Below the pieces are notes generated by a model. It was not told the DNA's origin. It was given only the letters and a program-made list of their open reading frames with translations, and did no database searches. Shown here piece by piece: positions 21,574 to 31,320 of a stretch of DNA of 64,000 nucleotides. The stretch's first letter is position 1. Each line of letters begins with the position of its first letter. The position numbers were made by a program, and so were the translations under genes. The stretch comes from Gammaproteobacteria bacterium (GTDB lineage Bacteria > Pseudomonadota > Gammaproteobacteria > UBA4575): the NCBI GenBank assembly GCA_965222615.1, contig CBDCUI010000009.1, positions 672,001 through 736,000 on the forward strand, in the 5' to 3' direction.

Positions 21574-22374
21574 TTACCATTTACGAGCTTCTATGCCTTT
21601 ATAGAATATCCTGTCACAACGTAACGGAAATAATGCTCCTTCCGGTTCCATGCTTGAATCGATATAGCAAGGGAAAAACCCTGCAGTAAAACATAAGGTC
21701 ATAAAATGATAAAATTCACGAGCATTAAGTCCTTGATCTGAAGCTAGCGCTGCATCAACTGCTGCAATATTCATTTTAAAACGGTATCTAGACTTTTTTA
21801 AAATCTCTTCAATTTTTAGAAGCAAGCTTAGATGTTTCCCAGAATGGAATCCCAAATCCTTTGCTAGCTCCAATAAAGGATCTACTCTTTCATCTTTATT
21901 AATTATTGGTCGGCCAAATCCAGCAAGCCATCTTTGGTTCTTAAGTTCGCGTTTGATAATTCCTTCTAAATCTTCACCATTATCAACTTTAACTCTACAA
22001 TTTATTAAAAAATCACAAACTTTTGTTAACGGCACTTGACCATAGTTTCTAGCTTCTGAGACTGCAATAGATGCAGCAATTGCTAAGTTTCCTGTAGATC
22101 TAGTTGTTCCTGCAAGGCTTGCTACTCTATTATTCCAAATTCTCGGTTCAGGAAAGCTAGCCGATATTCTCCAGATTCCCTCAAATAGTTTTCCCTGTTT
22201 TCTATTAAACTCTCTGCCAGTAATTGCAAAAAGTAAAAATTGCATCCAAGTAAATGCCTTAAACTCAGAAAATATATCCCTCCCACGTAATACTACTCTT
22301 TCACCTGGAAACCAGGCGCCCATAGCCGTTACCCAGTTTTCCTCATAATTAATTAGTGGAGATTTTTTGCTCAT
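21574..22374 (-). CDS. Citrate synthase / citryl-CoA lyase-fold protein (divergent)
   Basis: VVLRGRD, LAGFGRP...DERV, MNIAA..AAL correspond to IRGYD, PGFGH..DPR, NVDG..AAI of the fold. Confidence 0.7.
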   Translation of the reverse strand: MSKKSPLINYEENWVTAMGAWFPGERVVLRGRDIFSEFKAFTWMQFLLFAITGREFNRKQGKLFEGIWRISASFPEPRIWNNRVASLAGTTRSTGNLAIAASIAVSEARNYGQVPLTKVCDFLINCRVKVDNGEDLEGIIKRELKNQRWLAGFGRPIINKDERVDPLLELAKDLGFHSGKHLSLLLKIEEILKKSRYRFKMNIAAVDAALASDQGLNAREFYHFMTLCFTAGFFPCYIDSSMEPEGALFPLRCDRIFYKGIEARKW

Positions 22375-22389
22375 TAGAAATATTACTTG

Positions 22390-23202
22390 TTAATTATTTA
22401 TTGGCCCGGGATCATTTTGTAGTTTCAGGGAATCCTCAAAAAAAGGATATTTACGCCAGCCATAATGTTTTTGTTCTAGAGCATGAACGGCTGCACCTGG
22501 CAACCGAAAAAAGAGAAAAAGCATTTCTCCTTGTTCCGTTGTTAATTTCAAATCAACAAATGCAGCAGCAATTACTCCTGTAAATGCTAGAGGCATGTTT
22601 GAATGTTCCTCTAAGGTTTGTCGATTTTTTTTTAGCCAATCAAGATTAGATTTCGGACCTGCTATTTCACATAAAGAAACTAAAATTTGTTGCGTTGGTG
22701 TTGAACAGCTAACCCCATTTGGATCAAATCCCGGAGGATGTTCGATAGGCGTCCATACGTCTATTCGTTCTTCATTTCGGGGATTTTTTATTGCATTTTG
22801 CCAATTCTTTATGTTTTGCCCGCATTCCTCCCAATTCTGCATGGCGAGATATACTTCCCTCGCACCACCATATTGACCTGCACCAACTGCAAGTGCGGCC
22901 ATCAATGCCGATGCTGAGGTAGAACCTCCAACGCCAGCATTCATTGCTGCGCGAACACTGTGGTCTCGTATTCCAGGATTCGCTATTGCAACCGCAATGG
23001 TTTCAAGTAATTTGGCCTGTTCTTTGGTGGGTTTTTCAAGTTTAAATAATAAATATAAGTATTCTACCCAGCTCGCTTTACCTAGAAGATCTCCATACAC
23101 ATCATAACCAGCGCAATAACATTTTTTTGCCGCGAAAGGATTATTCGGCTCTGGTTCTTCGTTCCATATTTTTGTATGGATAACTTCTTTTTTTTTACTC
23201 AC
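22390..23202 (-). CDS. Citrate synthase / citryl-CoA lyase-fold protein (divergent)
   Basis: GYDVYGDLLGK, AGQYGGA, PPGF, RLPGAAVHALEQ (cf. R..G.AAH..EQ). Confidence 0.72.
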   Translation of the reverse strand: MSKKKEVIHTKIWNEEPEPNNPFAAKKCYCAGYDVYGDLLGKASWVEYLYLLFKLEKPTKEQAKLLETIAVAIANPGIRDHSVRAAMNAGVGGSTSASALMAALAVGAGQYGGAREVYLAMQNWEECGQNIKNWQNAIKNPRNEERIDVWTPIEHPPGFDPNGVSCSTPTQQILVSLCEIAGPKSNLDWLKKNRQTLEEHSNMPLAFTGVIAAAFVDLKLTTEQGEMLFLFFRLPGAAVHALEQKHYGWRKYPFFEDSLKLQNDPGPINN

Positions 23203-23223
23203 TTGTACGACACAAGCTCAATT

Positions 23224-25143
23224 TTAAAGATGAAGATGTGGAGTTGGATGCAAAACTTGTATTCTTGTTTGCATAGGTGGGATCTCATTTGAATCAACAT
23301 GGACATCAATTAAAGTAGGACCTTTTCGTGAACATATCTCACCAAAATCCAACTTTAATAAGTCCTCTGGGCTTTTAACAACATGTGAAGGTACATTTAA
23401 AGCCTCTGCCATTTTAGCAAAACTCGCAGAAGGAAGCTGATAACTTGTAAGTTCTACTTGTCCTAGAATCTGTCCTGATTTAACCATGCCTAGTTCTGAA
23501 TCATTTAAAATAATGAATATAACTGTCAGTTCTTCATGTACAGCAACAGAAATTTCCTGGGAAGACATTAAATAACTTCCATCTCCTGTTAAACATACAA
23601 CTGGTGCATTTTTTGCCACTAATGCTGTTCCAATTGAAGCACCAATAGCCCAACCCATAGAAGCAAATTCTATACAGGCTCGAAACAACCCACCTTTGAT
23701 ATTACGTCTACCAGTAATTCTTCTATCATAAGGATGAAGATAATGTATTCCCCATGCAAATGAATTGCCTGTATCGGCCAAATAACGTGTGTTAGGAGGA
23801 AATAAATTTGGCAATTCTTTCATCAACCGCTGTGGTTTAATTGGCGTGGCATTTGAATGATATTTATCAGGCTCATCAAGAGTTAACTGAATTTTAGAAG
23901 CCTCAGAGAAAATTTGATTGCCTTTTTTATTGGATGAATGTTCAAATTGCTTTTTATTGCTACTAGTTTTATTCAGATATTCATTTATCTTCAAAAATAT
24001 ATGCTGAATAGAACCCCTGATATGTAAATTAGCCATCGGTGAACGTGTAAGATTAGTCTCCACCTCATCAATATGCACTAAGCGGCTATTAAGCAATGAA
24101 TGATCCCATGCATTGCTTTCCCATTCACTTAAAGACGACCCAATCACAATGATATTGTCTAAGCTTTTATCATTTAAGGCATCATTAGCACTTTCATGTC
24201 CAGCAAAACCAACAACTCCACGGAATAATGGGTGATAAGGACTTACAAGGCCTTTCCCTAGTGGTGTTGTAAGCAAGGTTGCATTTAAAGTACAAGCAAC
24301 TTCAAGAATTGTACCTATTGCTGGTCCAGCCTCCTCTCCAATAATCATTACTGTTCTATCGCTTTTAACTAGATCGCGACAAAGCAAACCAACCGCATCT
24401 TCATCAATCAAACTAGGTCGCCATAACAAATTAGCCAAATCATAATTAGGTTGTTTTGTGGGTGAATTTGAAGCAAAAACATCCATGGGGAGACTTAAAT
24501 GAACTGGACCTGAAGGTGACTGATGTGCAGTCATAATTGCAGAAACTAATTTTCTTTCAAATTGCTCCACGTGAGAAACTAAAGAATTATAACGTGTACA
24601 ATATTGAAACATTCCTAAAGTATTTATTCCTGTACATGAAGATTCCTGAAACGCACCTTTACCAAATGTCGATAAAGCAGTCTGTGCTGTAATCACAAGG
24701 AGTGGAATATTATTTTCAAAAGCAGATGAAACTCCCGTAATTAAATTTGTAGTTCCTGGTCCTGTGGTTGCACAACACACACCAAGATTACCGCTATTAC
24801 GTGCATAACCATCCGCCATAAATGCTGCACCGGTTTCATGTCTTGCAACGATTGGTTTTAATCCACCTCTGCGTTCGCTTCTTGCCAGCGCATTGTAAAG
24901 TGGCTCGATTGCGCCCCCAGGAATTCCAAACACATACTCAACACCGATTTGCTCTAAATATGAAACAAGCAAATCACCTACTTCATATGTTGGTAATGCT
25001 TCAGATAATTCAACTAGTTTTTCTGGTGTATGTTTTTCTGAACGAATACTAACCACATTGTTTGTGGTTGCCCGATTGAATTTATTCGCTATTTCCAACG
25101 AAATATTTTTCGTTGTACGAATCTCGTCACCGCGAGCTGACAT
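23224..25143 (-). CDS. Thiamine-diphosphate-dependent enzyme (acetolactate synthase-like superfamily)
   Basis: VFGIPGG, ARHETGAAFMADGYAR, TTGPGTTN, ASMGWAIG, GDGSYLM...ILND. Confidence 0.9.
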   Translation of the reverse strand: MSARGDEIRTTKNISLEIANKFNRATTNNVVSIRSEKHTPEKLVELSEALPTYEVGDLLVSYLEQIGVEYVFGIPGGAIEPLYNALARSERRGGLKPIVARHETGAAFMADGYARNSGNLGVCCATTGPGTTNLITGVSSAFENNIPLLVITAQTALSTFGKGAFQESSCTGINTLGMFQYCTRYNSLVSHVEQFERKLVSAIMTAHQSPSGPVHLSLPMDVFASNSPTKQPNYDLANLLWRPSLIDEDAVGLLCRDLVKSDRTVMIIGEEAGPAIGTILEVACTLNATLLTTPLGKGLVSPYHPLFRGVVGFAGHESANDALNDKSLDNIIVIGSSLSEWESNAWDHSLLNSRLVHIDEVETNLTRSPMANLHIRGSIQHIFLKINEYLNKTSSNKKQFEHSSNKKGNQIFSEASKIQLTLDEPDKYHSNATPIKPQRLMKELPNLFPPNTRYLADTGNSFAWGIHYLHPYDRRITGRRNIKGGLFRACIEFASMGWAIGASIGTALVAKNAPVVCLTGDGSYLMSSQEISVAVHEELTVIFIILNDSELGMVKSGQILGQVELTSYQLPSASFAKMAEALNVPSHVVKSPEDLLKLDFGEICSRKGPTLIDVHVDSNEIPPMQTRIQVLHPTPHLHL

Positions 25144-25690
25144 GGTTTTTTCTCCTGGTTAAATACTAGGCAAGGGAAACACACATTTTTTTAATTGTTA
25201 TACACTTATTATTATTTGTGTTAACAACTGTTTACAACGTTAATATCGATAACTTCTTAAGTGTTATACAGAATTTAACATACTTTAGTGGGGTTAATTA
25301 ACCATATATTGAGGAAGGTAAATAACTTAATGATTTAAAAGGTAGAATTTTTTTAAACCAGTTCTCGAAACAGGTAATTTTATTTTGTTAGCTAAAGAAA
25401 TTCGCTAAAAATATGTGTATCTAGTGAAATTTGAAAAAATCATTTATTTCACTCAAGCCCATTAATCACAAAATATTTATGACGCACTTTTCAAGAACGT
25501 ATCATTTGATACTCTAAATAATTGATCACTAAAAATAACTATCTTAAAAAAATATAATGCACTAGCAATTTAATTAGACTTAAAAAAGAAACACAGACAA
25601 AATTAAGTTTATTAAATTTCTCCACATAAGATTTTTCTAGATTATAAAAATGTTCTAGAAAAGAATCAGTTAAAACTGTTGCTTCAATTT

Positions 25691-25733
25691 ATACACTAAA
25701 AACGCATACTAATTGTATGTGTTTAGAGTGTAT
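25691..25733. repeat. Imperfect 19-bp inverted repeat in an AT-rich divergent intergenic region
   Basis: atacactaaaaacgcatac-taatt-gtatgtgtttagagtgtat (16/19 matched). Confidence 0.5.
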
Positions 25734-25920
25734 TAATTAACAATTTATTAATTGGAATCTTTATCTACAAATATAATAATACAAGTCACATATTTTAATA
25801 ATTTCCTTAGTGCTGCTATTGCAATCACATACTATTTTGTCATAGCAAACTACAATCAATCTAATCTAATTAGTAACCCACATAACTTCTAACTATTTAA
25901 AACTTTAGTTCTAAGCGGTA

Positions 25921-27324
25921 ATGATAAAATCAACGTTACACAAAATTGAAATTTTTGTTCTTGCGTTAGTAGTTATCGCAATTTTTGGAGTGACTTATCA
26001 CTACTACTCTCCTTCGTTGTTACAACAAATCAAAAATAATGACGAATTAGTTGTAATAACTCGCAACAGTCCTAGCACTTATTATGTTGGTAACGGTGGG
26101 CCTACAGGTTTTGAATATGAACTTGCACAGTTGTTTGCAGATTATTTAGATGTAAAGCTTGCCTTAATTGTTCAAAGTGAATTCCATCAAATTCTACCAG
26201 CAATTGTCGATGGCAAAGCCCATATCGGTGCGGCTGGAATCACACATACCAGACAACGTGAAGCCTACGTCGACTTCGGCCCTGATTACCTACAAATAAA
26301 TACTCAAGTGACCTATCAAGGAGGCAAGAAGAAGCCAAGATCTATTGAAGATCTGAATGAAAAGCGTGTAGCGGTTATCAAGGGCAGTACGCATGCACAA
26401 ATATTACAAGATCACAAAGAATTCTTTCCGTATTTGAAATGGGATGAGTACTCAGATTTGGATTCTGAAGAGCTAATGCAATTGGTTTCCGAAGGGCTCA
26501 TCGATTACACGATAGCTGATTCCAATGAATTGGCTCTTAACCGTCGTTATTTTCCTAACTTAAGAGTCGGATTTGATATTGGCCGTGAGCAATCCTTGGC
26601 CTGGGCATTTCTAAAAACAGATGATACTTCATTACAAGATTCTGCAAATAAGTTTTTTGCGCAAATCACTAATGATGGCACTCTCACACAATTAAAAGAA
26701 AAGTATTTTGGTCATATAAATGATATTACTCCTTCGGATAGTCACACCTTTATTAAACATGTAAAAGAACGGCTGCCGAAATATGAAAATATTTTTAAAG
26801 AAGCCGCATTAGAGTATGGCATCGATTGGCGTTTTCTTGCTGCCATTAGTTATCAAGAATCACTATGGAATTCAAAAGCAGTTTCTCCTACTGGTGTTAG
26901 GGGACTGATGATGCTTACCAGAAACACTGCTAAGCAATTACAAATTAAAAACAGAATTGATCCTTCAAAAAGTGTATTCGGCGGTACTGAGTATTACCTG
27001 ACAATACGCGATAAAATCCCAAGTCGCATCGAAGACCCAGATCGTACCTGGCTGGCATTAGCAGCATATAATGTGGGTTTTGGCCACCTTGAGGATGCAC
27101 GTATTCTTACCCAACAAGCTGGAGATGATCCTGATCTTTGGTCTGATGTTAGAAAATACTTACCTTTGTTGAGCAAGAAAAAGTGGTATAAAAAAACCCG
27201 TTATGGCTATGCTCGAGGTAATGAACCCGTTGAGTACGTGCAAAATATTCGTAATTATTTTGACCTATTGGTGTGGTTAGAAAACAAAGGTGAGCTACAC
27301 GAAATGCTCGCACAAAGATCTTAA
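25921..27324 (+). CDS. mltF: Membrane-bound lytic murein transglycosylase F
   Basis: N-terminal SBP-like domain (GFEYELA) plus SLT domain (YQESLW, GVRGLMMLT, AAYNVG, GYARG). Confidence 0.93.
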   Translation: MIKSTLHKIEIFVLALVVIAIFGVTYHYYSPSLLQQIKNNDELVVITRNSPSTYYVGNGGPTGFEYELAQLFADYLDVKLALIVQSEFHQILPAIVDGKAHIGAAGITHTRQREAYVDFGPDYLQINTQVTYQGGKKKPRSIEDLNEKRVAVIKGSTHAQILQDHKEFFPYLKWDEYSDLDSEELMQLVSEGLIDYTIADSNELALNRRYFPNLRVGFDIGREQSLAWAFLKTDDTSLQDSANKFFAQITNDGTLTQLKEKYFGHINDITPSDSHTFIKHVKERLPKYENIFKEAALEYGIDWRFLAAISYQESLWNSKAVSPTGVRGLMMLTRNTAKQLQIKNRIDPSKSVFGGTEYYLTIRDKIPSRIEDPDRTWLALAAYNVGFGHLEDARILTQQAGDDPDLWSDVRKYLPLLSKKKWYKKTRYGYARGNEPVEYVQNIRNYFDLLVWLENKGELHEMLAQRS

Positions 27325-27339
27325 CGCAAATCTTTAGCT

Positions 27340-27789
27340 CTATCTGCGTTTACAAAAAAACTGCTGCAGAATCTCTGCACATTCTTCCTGCATTACTCCA
27401 CCGGTAACTTCAACCGTATGGTTGTGTCTAGTATCAGACAATAAATTAAACATTGAACCTGCGGCACCGGTCTTGGGATCAGTCGCGCCAAATACCAATC
27501 TTTTGATTCTGGCATGTAACATAGCCCCTGCACACATTACGCAGGGCTCTAAGGTTACAAACATTGTGGTATCAATTAATCGATAATTATTTAGTGTTTT
27601 AGCTGCATTGCGTAAAGCAACTATTTCAGCATGCGCACTTGGGTCGTTACTACTGATGGGCTGGTTCCAACCCGATCCAATTATTTCATCTCTATAAACG
27701 AGTACTGCACCTACTGGCACTTCCTCTTGAGTTTCTGCCTGTTGTGCCAACTCAAGGGCCTTACACATCCATTGTTCGTCTTTATTCAA
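27340..27789 (-). CDS. tadA: tRNA adenosine(34) deaminase
   Basis: EVPVGAV, HAE, TLEPCVMCAGA. Confidence 0.95.
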   Translation of the reverse strand: MNKDEQWMCKALELAQQAETQEEVPVGAVLVYRDEIIGSGWNQPISSNDPSAHAEIVALRNAAKTLNNYRLIDTTMFVTLEPCVMCAGAMLHARIKRLVFGATDPKTGAAGSMFNLLSDTRHNHTVEVTGGVMQEECAEILQQFFCKRR

Positions 27790-27817
27790 CGTTTAAAAAA
27801 CTGGATATAGAAATGAT

Positions 27818-29392
27818 TTATTCCCATTCAATAGTTGCCGGTGGTTTACCGGAAATATCGTAAGTCACTCTCGAAATACCTTCTACTTCATTGATGATGC
27901 GACGTGACACGTGATCTAAGAACTCATAAGGTAGTTTTGCCCAACGAGCTGTCATGAAGTCAATCGTTTCTACGGCACGCAGTGCAATTACATATTCGTA
28001 CTTTCTACCATCACCCATCACGCCTACTGACTTAACCGGTAAAAATACCGCAAAGGCTTGCGAAATTTGATCATATAAATTGTTATTTTTGAGTTCAGTA
28101 ATAAAAATATCATCCGCCAATCGTAGTAAGTTGGCATACTGTTTATTTACTGTACCCAATATGCGAACGCCCAAGCCTGGCCCCGGAAATGGATGCCGAT
28201 AAATAATGTCTCTAGGCAAACCCAGCTCTAAACCAATCGCACGCACTTCGTCTTTAAATAATTCTCGCAAAGGTTCAATTAATTTTAATTCCATATCTTC
28301 TGGCAAACCGGCCACATTATGATGAGATTTAATTAATTGTGCTTTTCCAGTTGCTGCCCCGGCCGATTCGATCACATCGGGGTAAATGGTGCCTTGTGCT
28401 AACCATTTTACATTACTGAATTGTTTAGCTTCTTCTTCGAATATTTTAATAAACAGATTGCCTATTATTTTACGTTTTTCTTCTGGATCGGATACATCTT
28501 TAAGTGCATTTAAATAGCGTTGTTCAGCATTTACGCGATCTACTTTTACACCCATATGTTTTGCAAAGGTTTGCATCACTTGATCCCCTTCGTGTAGACG
28601 AAGAAGCCCTGTATCTACAAAAATACAAGTAAGTTGATCACCGATTGCTTTGTGTAATAAAGCCGCAACAACGGATGAGTCTACACCCCCAGAAAGTGCA
28701 AGCAAGACTTCGTCTTCGTCTACTTGTTGTCGTATTGCCTCAATCGATTCTTGAATGATGTTTGCTGGCGTCCAATCAGTTTCACAGCCACATATTTTAT
28801 TTACAAACTGTTGTAAAATTTGTTTGCCTTGTTTGGTGTGAGTTACTTCAGGGTGAAATTGCAAACCAAATAGTTTTCGCTCTTCATTTGCAATTGCAGC
28901 AATTGGTGCACTTTCCGTACTGGCAATTGTTTTAAAACCCGCCGGTAATTTCACCACACGATCACCGTGTGACATCCAAACATCTAATATATCTACACCA
29001 TTCTTTTTATCAGAATCCGTTAATCCTGTGAAAAGCGCTGAATGCCCTTCCAAGGTCACTTGTGCGTAACCAAATTCCCGTTTTGCAGAAACCTCTACAT
29101 CTCCACCCATTTGTTTTGCTAACGCTTGCATGCCATAACAAATACCCAGAACTGGAATACCTAAATTCAAAATGGAAGCCGATACCTCAGGAGTATTGCC
29201 TAAAGTAACCGACTCCGGACCACCTGACAGCACAATACCCTTTGCATGGAATGCAGTAATATTCTCTGCAGATGCATCCCAAGGAAAAATTTCACAATAA
29301 GTCCCTATTTCACGAATACGACGTGCAATGAGTTGTGTGTATTGAGATCCATAATCAAGGATCAATACCTTATCTGCGTGAATATCTGTCAT
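27818..29392 (-). CDS. guaA: GMP synthase (glutamine-hydrolysing)
   Basis: [42 protein letters not shown]. Confidence 0.98.
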   Translation of the reverse strand: MTDIHADKVLILDYGSQYTQLIARRIREIGTYCEIFPWDASAENITAFHAKGIVLSGGPESVTLGNTPEVSASILNLGIPVLGICYGMQALAKQMGGDVEVSAKREFGYAQVTLEGHSALFTGLTDSDKKNGVDILDVWMSHGDRVVKLPAGFKTIASTESAPIAAIANEERKLFGLQFHPEVTHTKQGKQILQQFVNKICGCETDWTPANIIQESIEAIRQQVDEDEVLLALSGGVDSSVVAALLHKAIGDQLTCIFVDTGLLRLHEGDQVMQTFAKHMGVKVDRVNAEQRYLNALKDVSDPEEKRKIIGNLFIKIFEEEAKQFSNVKWLAQGTIYPDVIESAGAATGKAQLIKSHHNVAGLPEDMELKLIEPLRELFKDEVRAIGLELGLPRDIIYRHPFPGPGLGVRILGTVNKQYANLLRLADDIFITELKNNNLYDQISQAFAVFLPVKSVGVMGDGRKYEYVIALRAVETIDFMTARWAKLPYEFLDHVSRRIINEVEGISRVTYDISGKPPATIEWE

Positions 29393-29407
29393 GTATACAT
29401 ACTTTAT

Positions 29408-29569
29408 CTGGATTGCCGCGTCGCTATTGCTCCTCGCAATGACTTGGGAGAATTAGTCATAATGTAAATATAAAAATAAATTTCATTTTGTTAAAATGAA
29501 TCATTGCGAGTAAAACGAAGCAATCTAGTAAATGATCTGTATCACCACGCCCTTTATTACTGCGATGAC
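29408..29569. repeat. REP/RPE-like GTCATTGCGAG...CTCGCAATGAC repeat cluster
   Basis: ggattgccgcgtcgctattgctcctcgcaatgac (29410-29443), tcattgcgagtaaaacgaagcaatc (29501-29525) and a decayed copy ending tgcgatgac. Confidence 0.7.
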
Positions 29570-29610
29570 ATATATAAAGGACACATAACGAAAACTAGCA
29601 ACGATACTTT

Positions 29611-31068
29611 TTATTCAATATGGTAGTTCGGCGCTTCTTTGGTAATTGTCACATCATGCACATGGCTTTCACGCATACCTGCTGAAGAGATTCTCACAAA
29701 TTCCGGTTTTGTGCGCATATCACTAACGTTGGCGCATCCAACATAGCCCATACTGGAGCGCAGTCCACCAAGTAATTGCTGAATAATCGTAACAACTGTG
29801 CCTTTGTAAGGTACACGTCCTTCAATTCCTTCTGGCACATACTTTTCTGTTTCCGATTCATCGTCTTGAAAATAGCGGTCACTAGAGCCCATTTGCATAG
29901 CCGATAATGAACCCATGCCCCGATATGTTTTATACGATCGACCTTGATACAGCTCCACTTCACCTGGAGCTTCTTTGGTACCAGCAAAGAGTCCACCAAT
30001 CATAACGCTATCCGCACCAGCGGCAATTGCCTTCGCCACATCACCAGAATAACGAATTCCCCCATCGGCAATGATAGGAACCGCAGATTTGATCGCTCGA
30101 TGCACATTATCGACTGCACTGATTTGTGGTACCCCTACTCCAGCCACAATCCTTGTAGTACAAATTGAGCCAGGACCAATGCCAACTTTAACTGCATCGG
30201 CACCAGCTTTAATTAAATCTTTGGCCGCATCACCCGTTGCAATATTGCCACCGACTACTTGTACATTAGAAAAGTTTTTCTTAATCCACTTGACCCGATC
30301 CAAGACTGATTGCGAATGTCCGTGCGCAGTATCCACCACAATAACGTCTACTCCCGCTGCCACTAATTCAGGAACACGCTCATCTGTTTCTGGCCCAACG
30401 CCTACTGCCGCACCGACTAACAGGCGGCCTTCTTCGTCTTTACATGCATAGGGGAAATCTTTTGATTTTTGTATATCTTTAACCGTAATAAGTCCGCGCA
30501 ATTCAAAATCATCATTAATAACTAGGACTTTTTCAATACGGTGTTCGTGCAGCAATTGCTTAATTTCTTTTTTACTCGCGCCTTCTTTTACAGTTACCAA
30601 TCTTTCTTGAGGCGTCATGATTTTTGAAACCGGCTCGTCTTTTCTGGTTTCAAAGCGCAAATCGCGGCTGGTCACAATTCCTAATAATGATTCTCCAGAA
30701 ACAACGGGTACTCCAGAAATATCTTTTGCACGAGTGAGCTCTAGAACCTCGCCAATACTGGTTGTGGGCTCTACACAAATAGGATCCTTGATCACACCAC
30801 TTTCAAACTTTTTAACCATACTCACTTCGTTGGCTTGCCTAGCAACGGAAAGATTCTTATGAATCACGCCAAAGCCACCTTCCTGTGCCAGTGAGATGGC
30901 CAGACGACCTTCGGTCACCGTATCCATGGCCGAGGAAAGCAACGGCATGTTTAAGCTAATTTCGCTAGTCAGCTTGGTTTTAAGCTCTACATCGCGCGGT
31001 AAGATACTAGAGTGGGCGGGTACTAGAGAAACATCGTCAAAAGTCAGCGCGTCTTGTTTGATTCGCAT
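29611..31068 (-). CDS. guaB: IMP dehydrogenase
   Basis: LTFDDV, CBS domains, [25 protein letters not shown]. Confidence 0.98.
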   Translation of the reverse strand: MRIKQDALTFDDVSLVPAHSSILPRDVELKTKLTSEISLNMPLLSSAMDTVTEGRLAISLAQEGGFGVIHKNLSVARQANEVSMVKKFESGVIKDPICVEPTTSIGEVLELTRAKDISGVPVVSGESLLGIVTSRDLRFETRKDEPVSKIMTPQERLVTVKEGASKKEIKQLLHEHRIEKVLVINDDFELRGLITVKDIQKSKDFPYACKDEEGRLLVGAAVGVGPETDERVPELVAAGVDVIVVDTAHGHSQSVLDRVKWIKKNFSNVQVVGGNIATGDAAKDLIKAGADAVKVGIGPGSICTTRIVAGVGVPQISAVDNVHRAIKSAVPIIADGGIRYSGDVAKAIAAGADSVMIGGLFAGTKEAPGEVELYQGRSYKTYRGMGSLSAMQMGSSDRYFQDDESETEKYVPEGIEGRVPYKGTVVTIIQQLLGGLRSSMGYVGCANVSDMRTKPEFVRISSAGMRESHVHDVTITKEAPNYHIE

Positions 31069-31070
31069 AA

Positions 31071-31212
31071 GGGTACTGCTAAAAATAGTGGATTTTTTGA
31101 TGAGAGCAAGAAAGCACCGCGCACAGAGCCGCAGTGTATAAATAAATACATGAGGATTCGAGCATGGTGCTGCCGACGCTATCGCGAAAAAGATGCATTT
31201 TTAGTAGTGCCC
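31071..31212. repeat. RPE1-like palindromic element (~142 bp) in the guaB 5' UTR
   Basis: Terminal IR gggtactgctaaaaa...tttttagtagtgccc; core gcacagagccgcagtgtata...tacatgaggattcgag. Confidence 0.78.
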
Positions 31213-31240
31213 GAAGTTGTCCTTGCCATGGTGGCGGCCC

Positions 31241-31269
31241 ATTATAGTCATTGTAAATTTCGCGGTAAA
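31241..31269 (-). promoter_or_regulatory. Sigma70 promoter of guaBA
   Basis: TTTACC-N17-TATAAT followed by a GC-rich discriminator (gggccgc). Confidence 0.7.
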
Positions 31270-31320
31270 CTGAGTTTACACATTAATATTTTGAGCTAGC
31301 ACAAGATTGAATATTTCATT

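Noticed and set aside
23224-25143. Housekeeping acetolactate synthase (ilvB/ilvI)
   Set aside because: There is no small regulatory subunit or ilvC nearby, the sequence is divergent, and the context is accessory.
31054-31299. 81-aa ORF containing an RPE-like peptide
   Set aside because: It is a translation of the palindromic repeat and guaB promoter region, with no SD; not treated as a gene.
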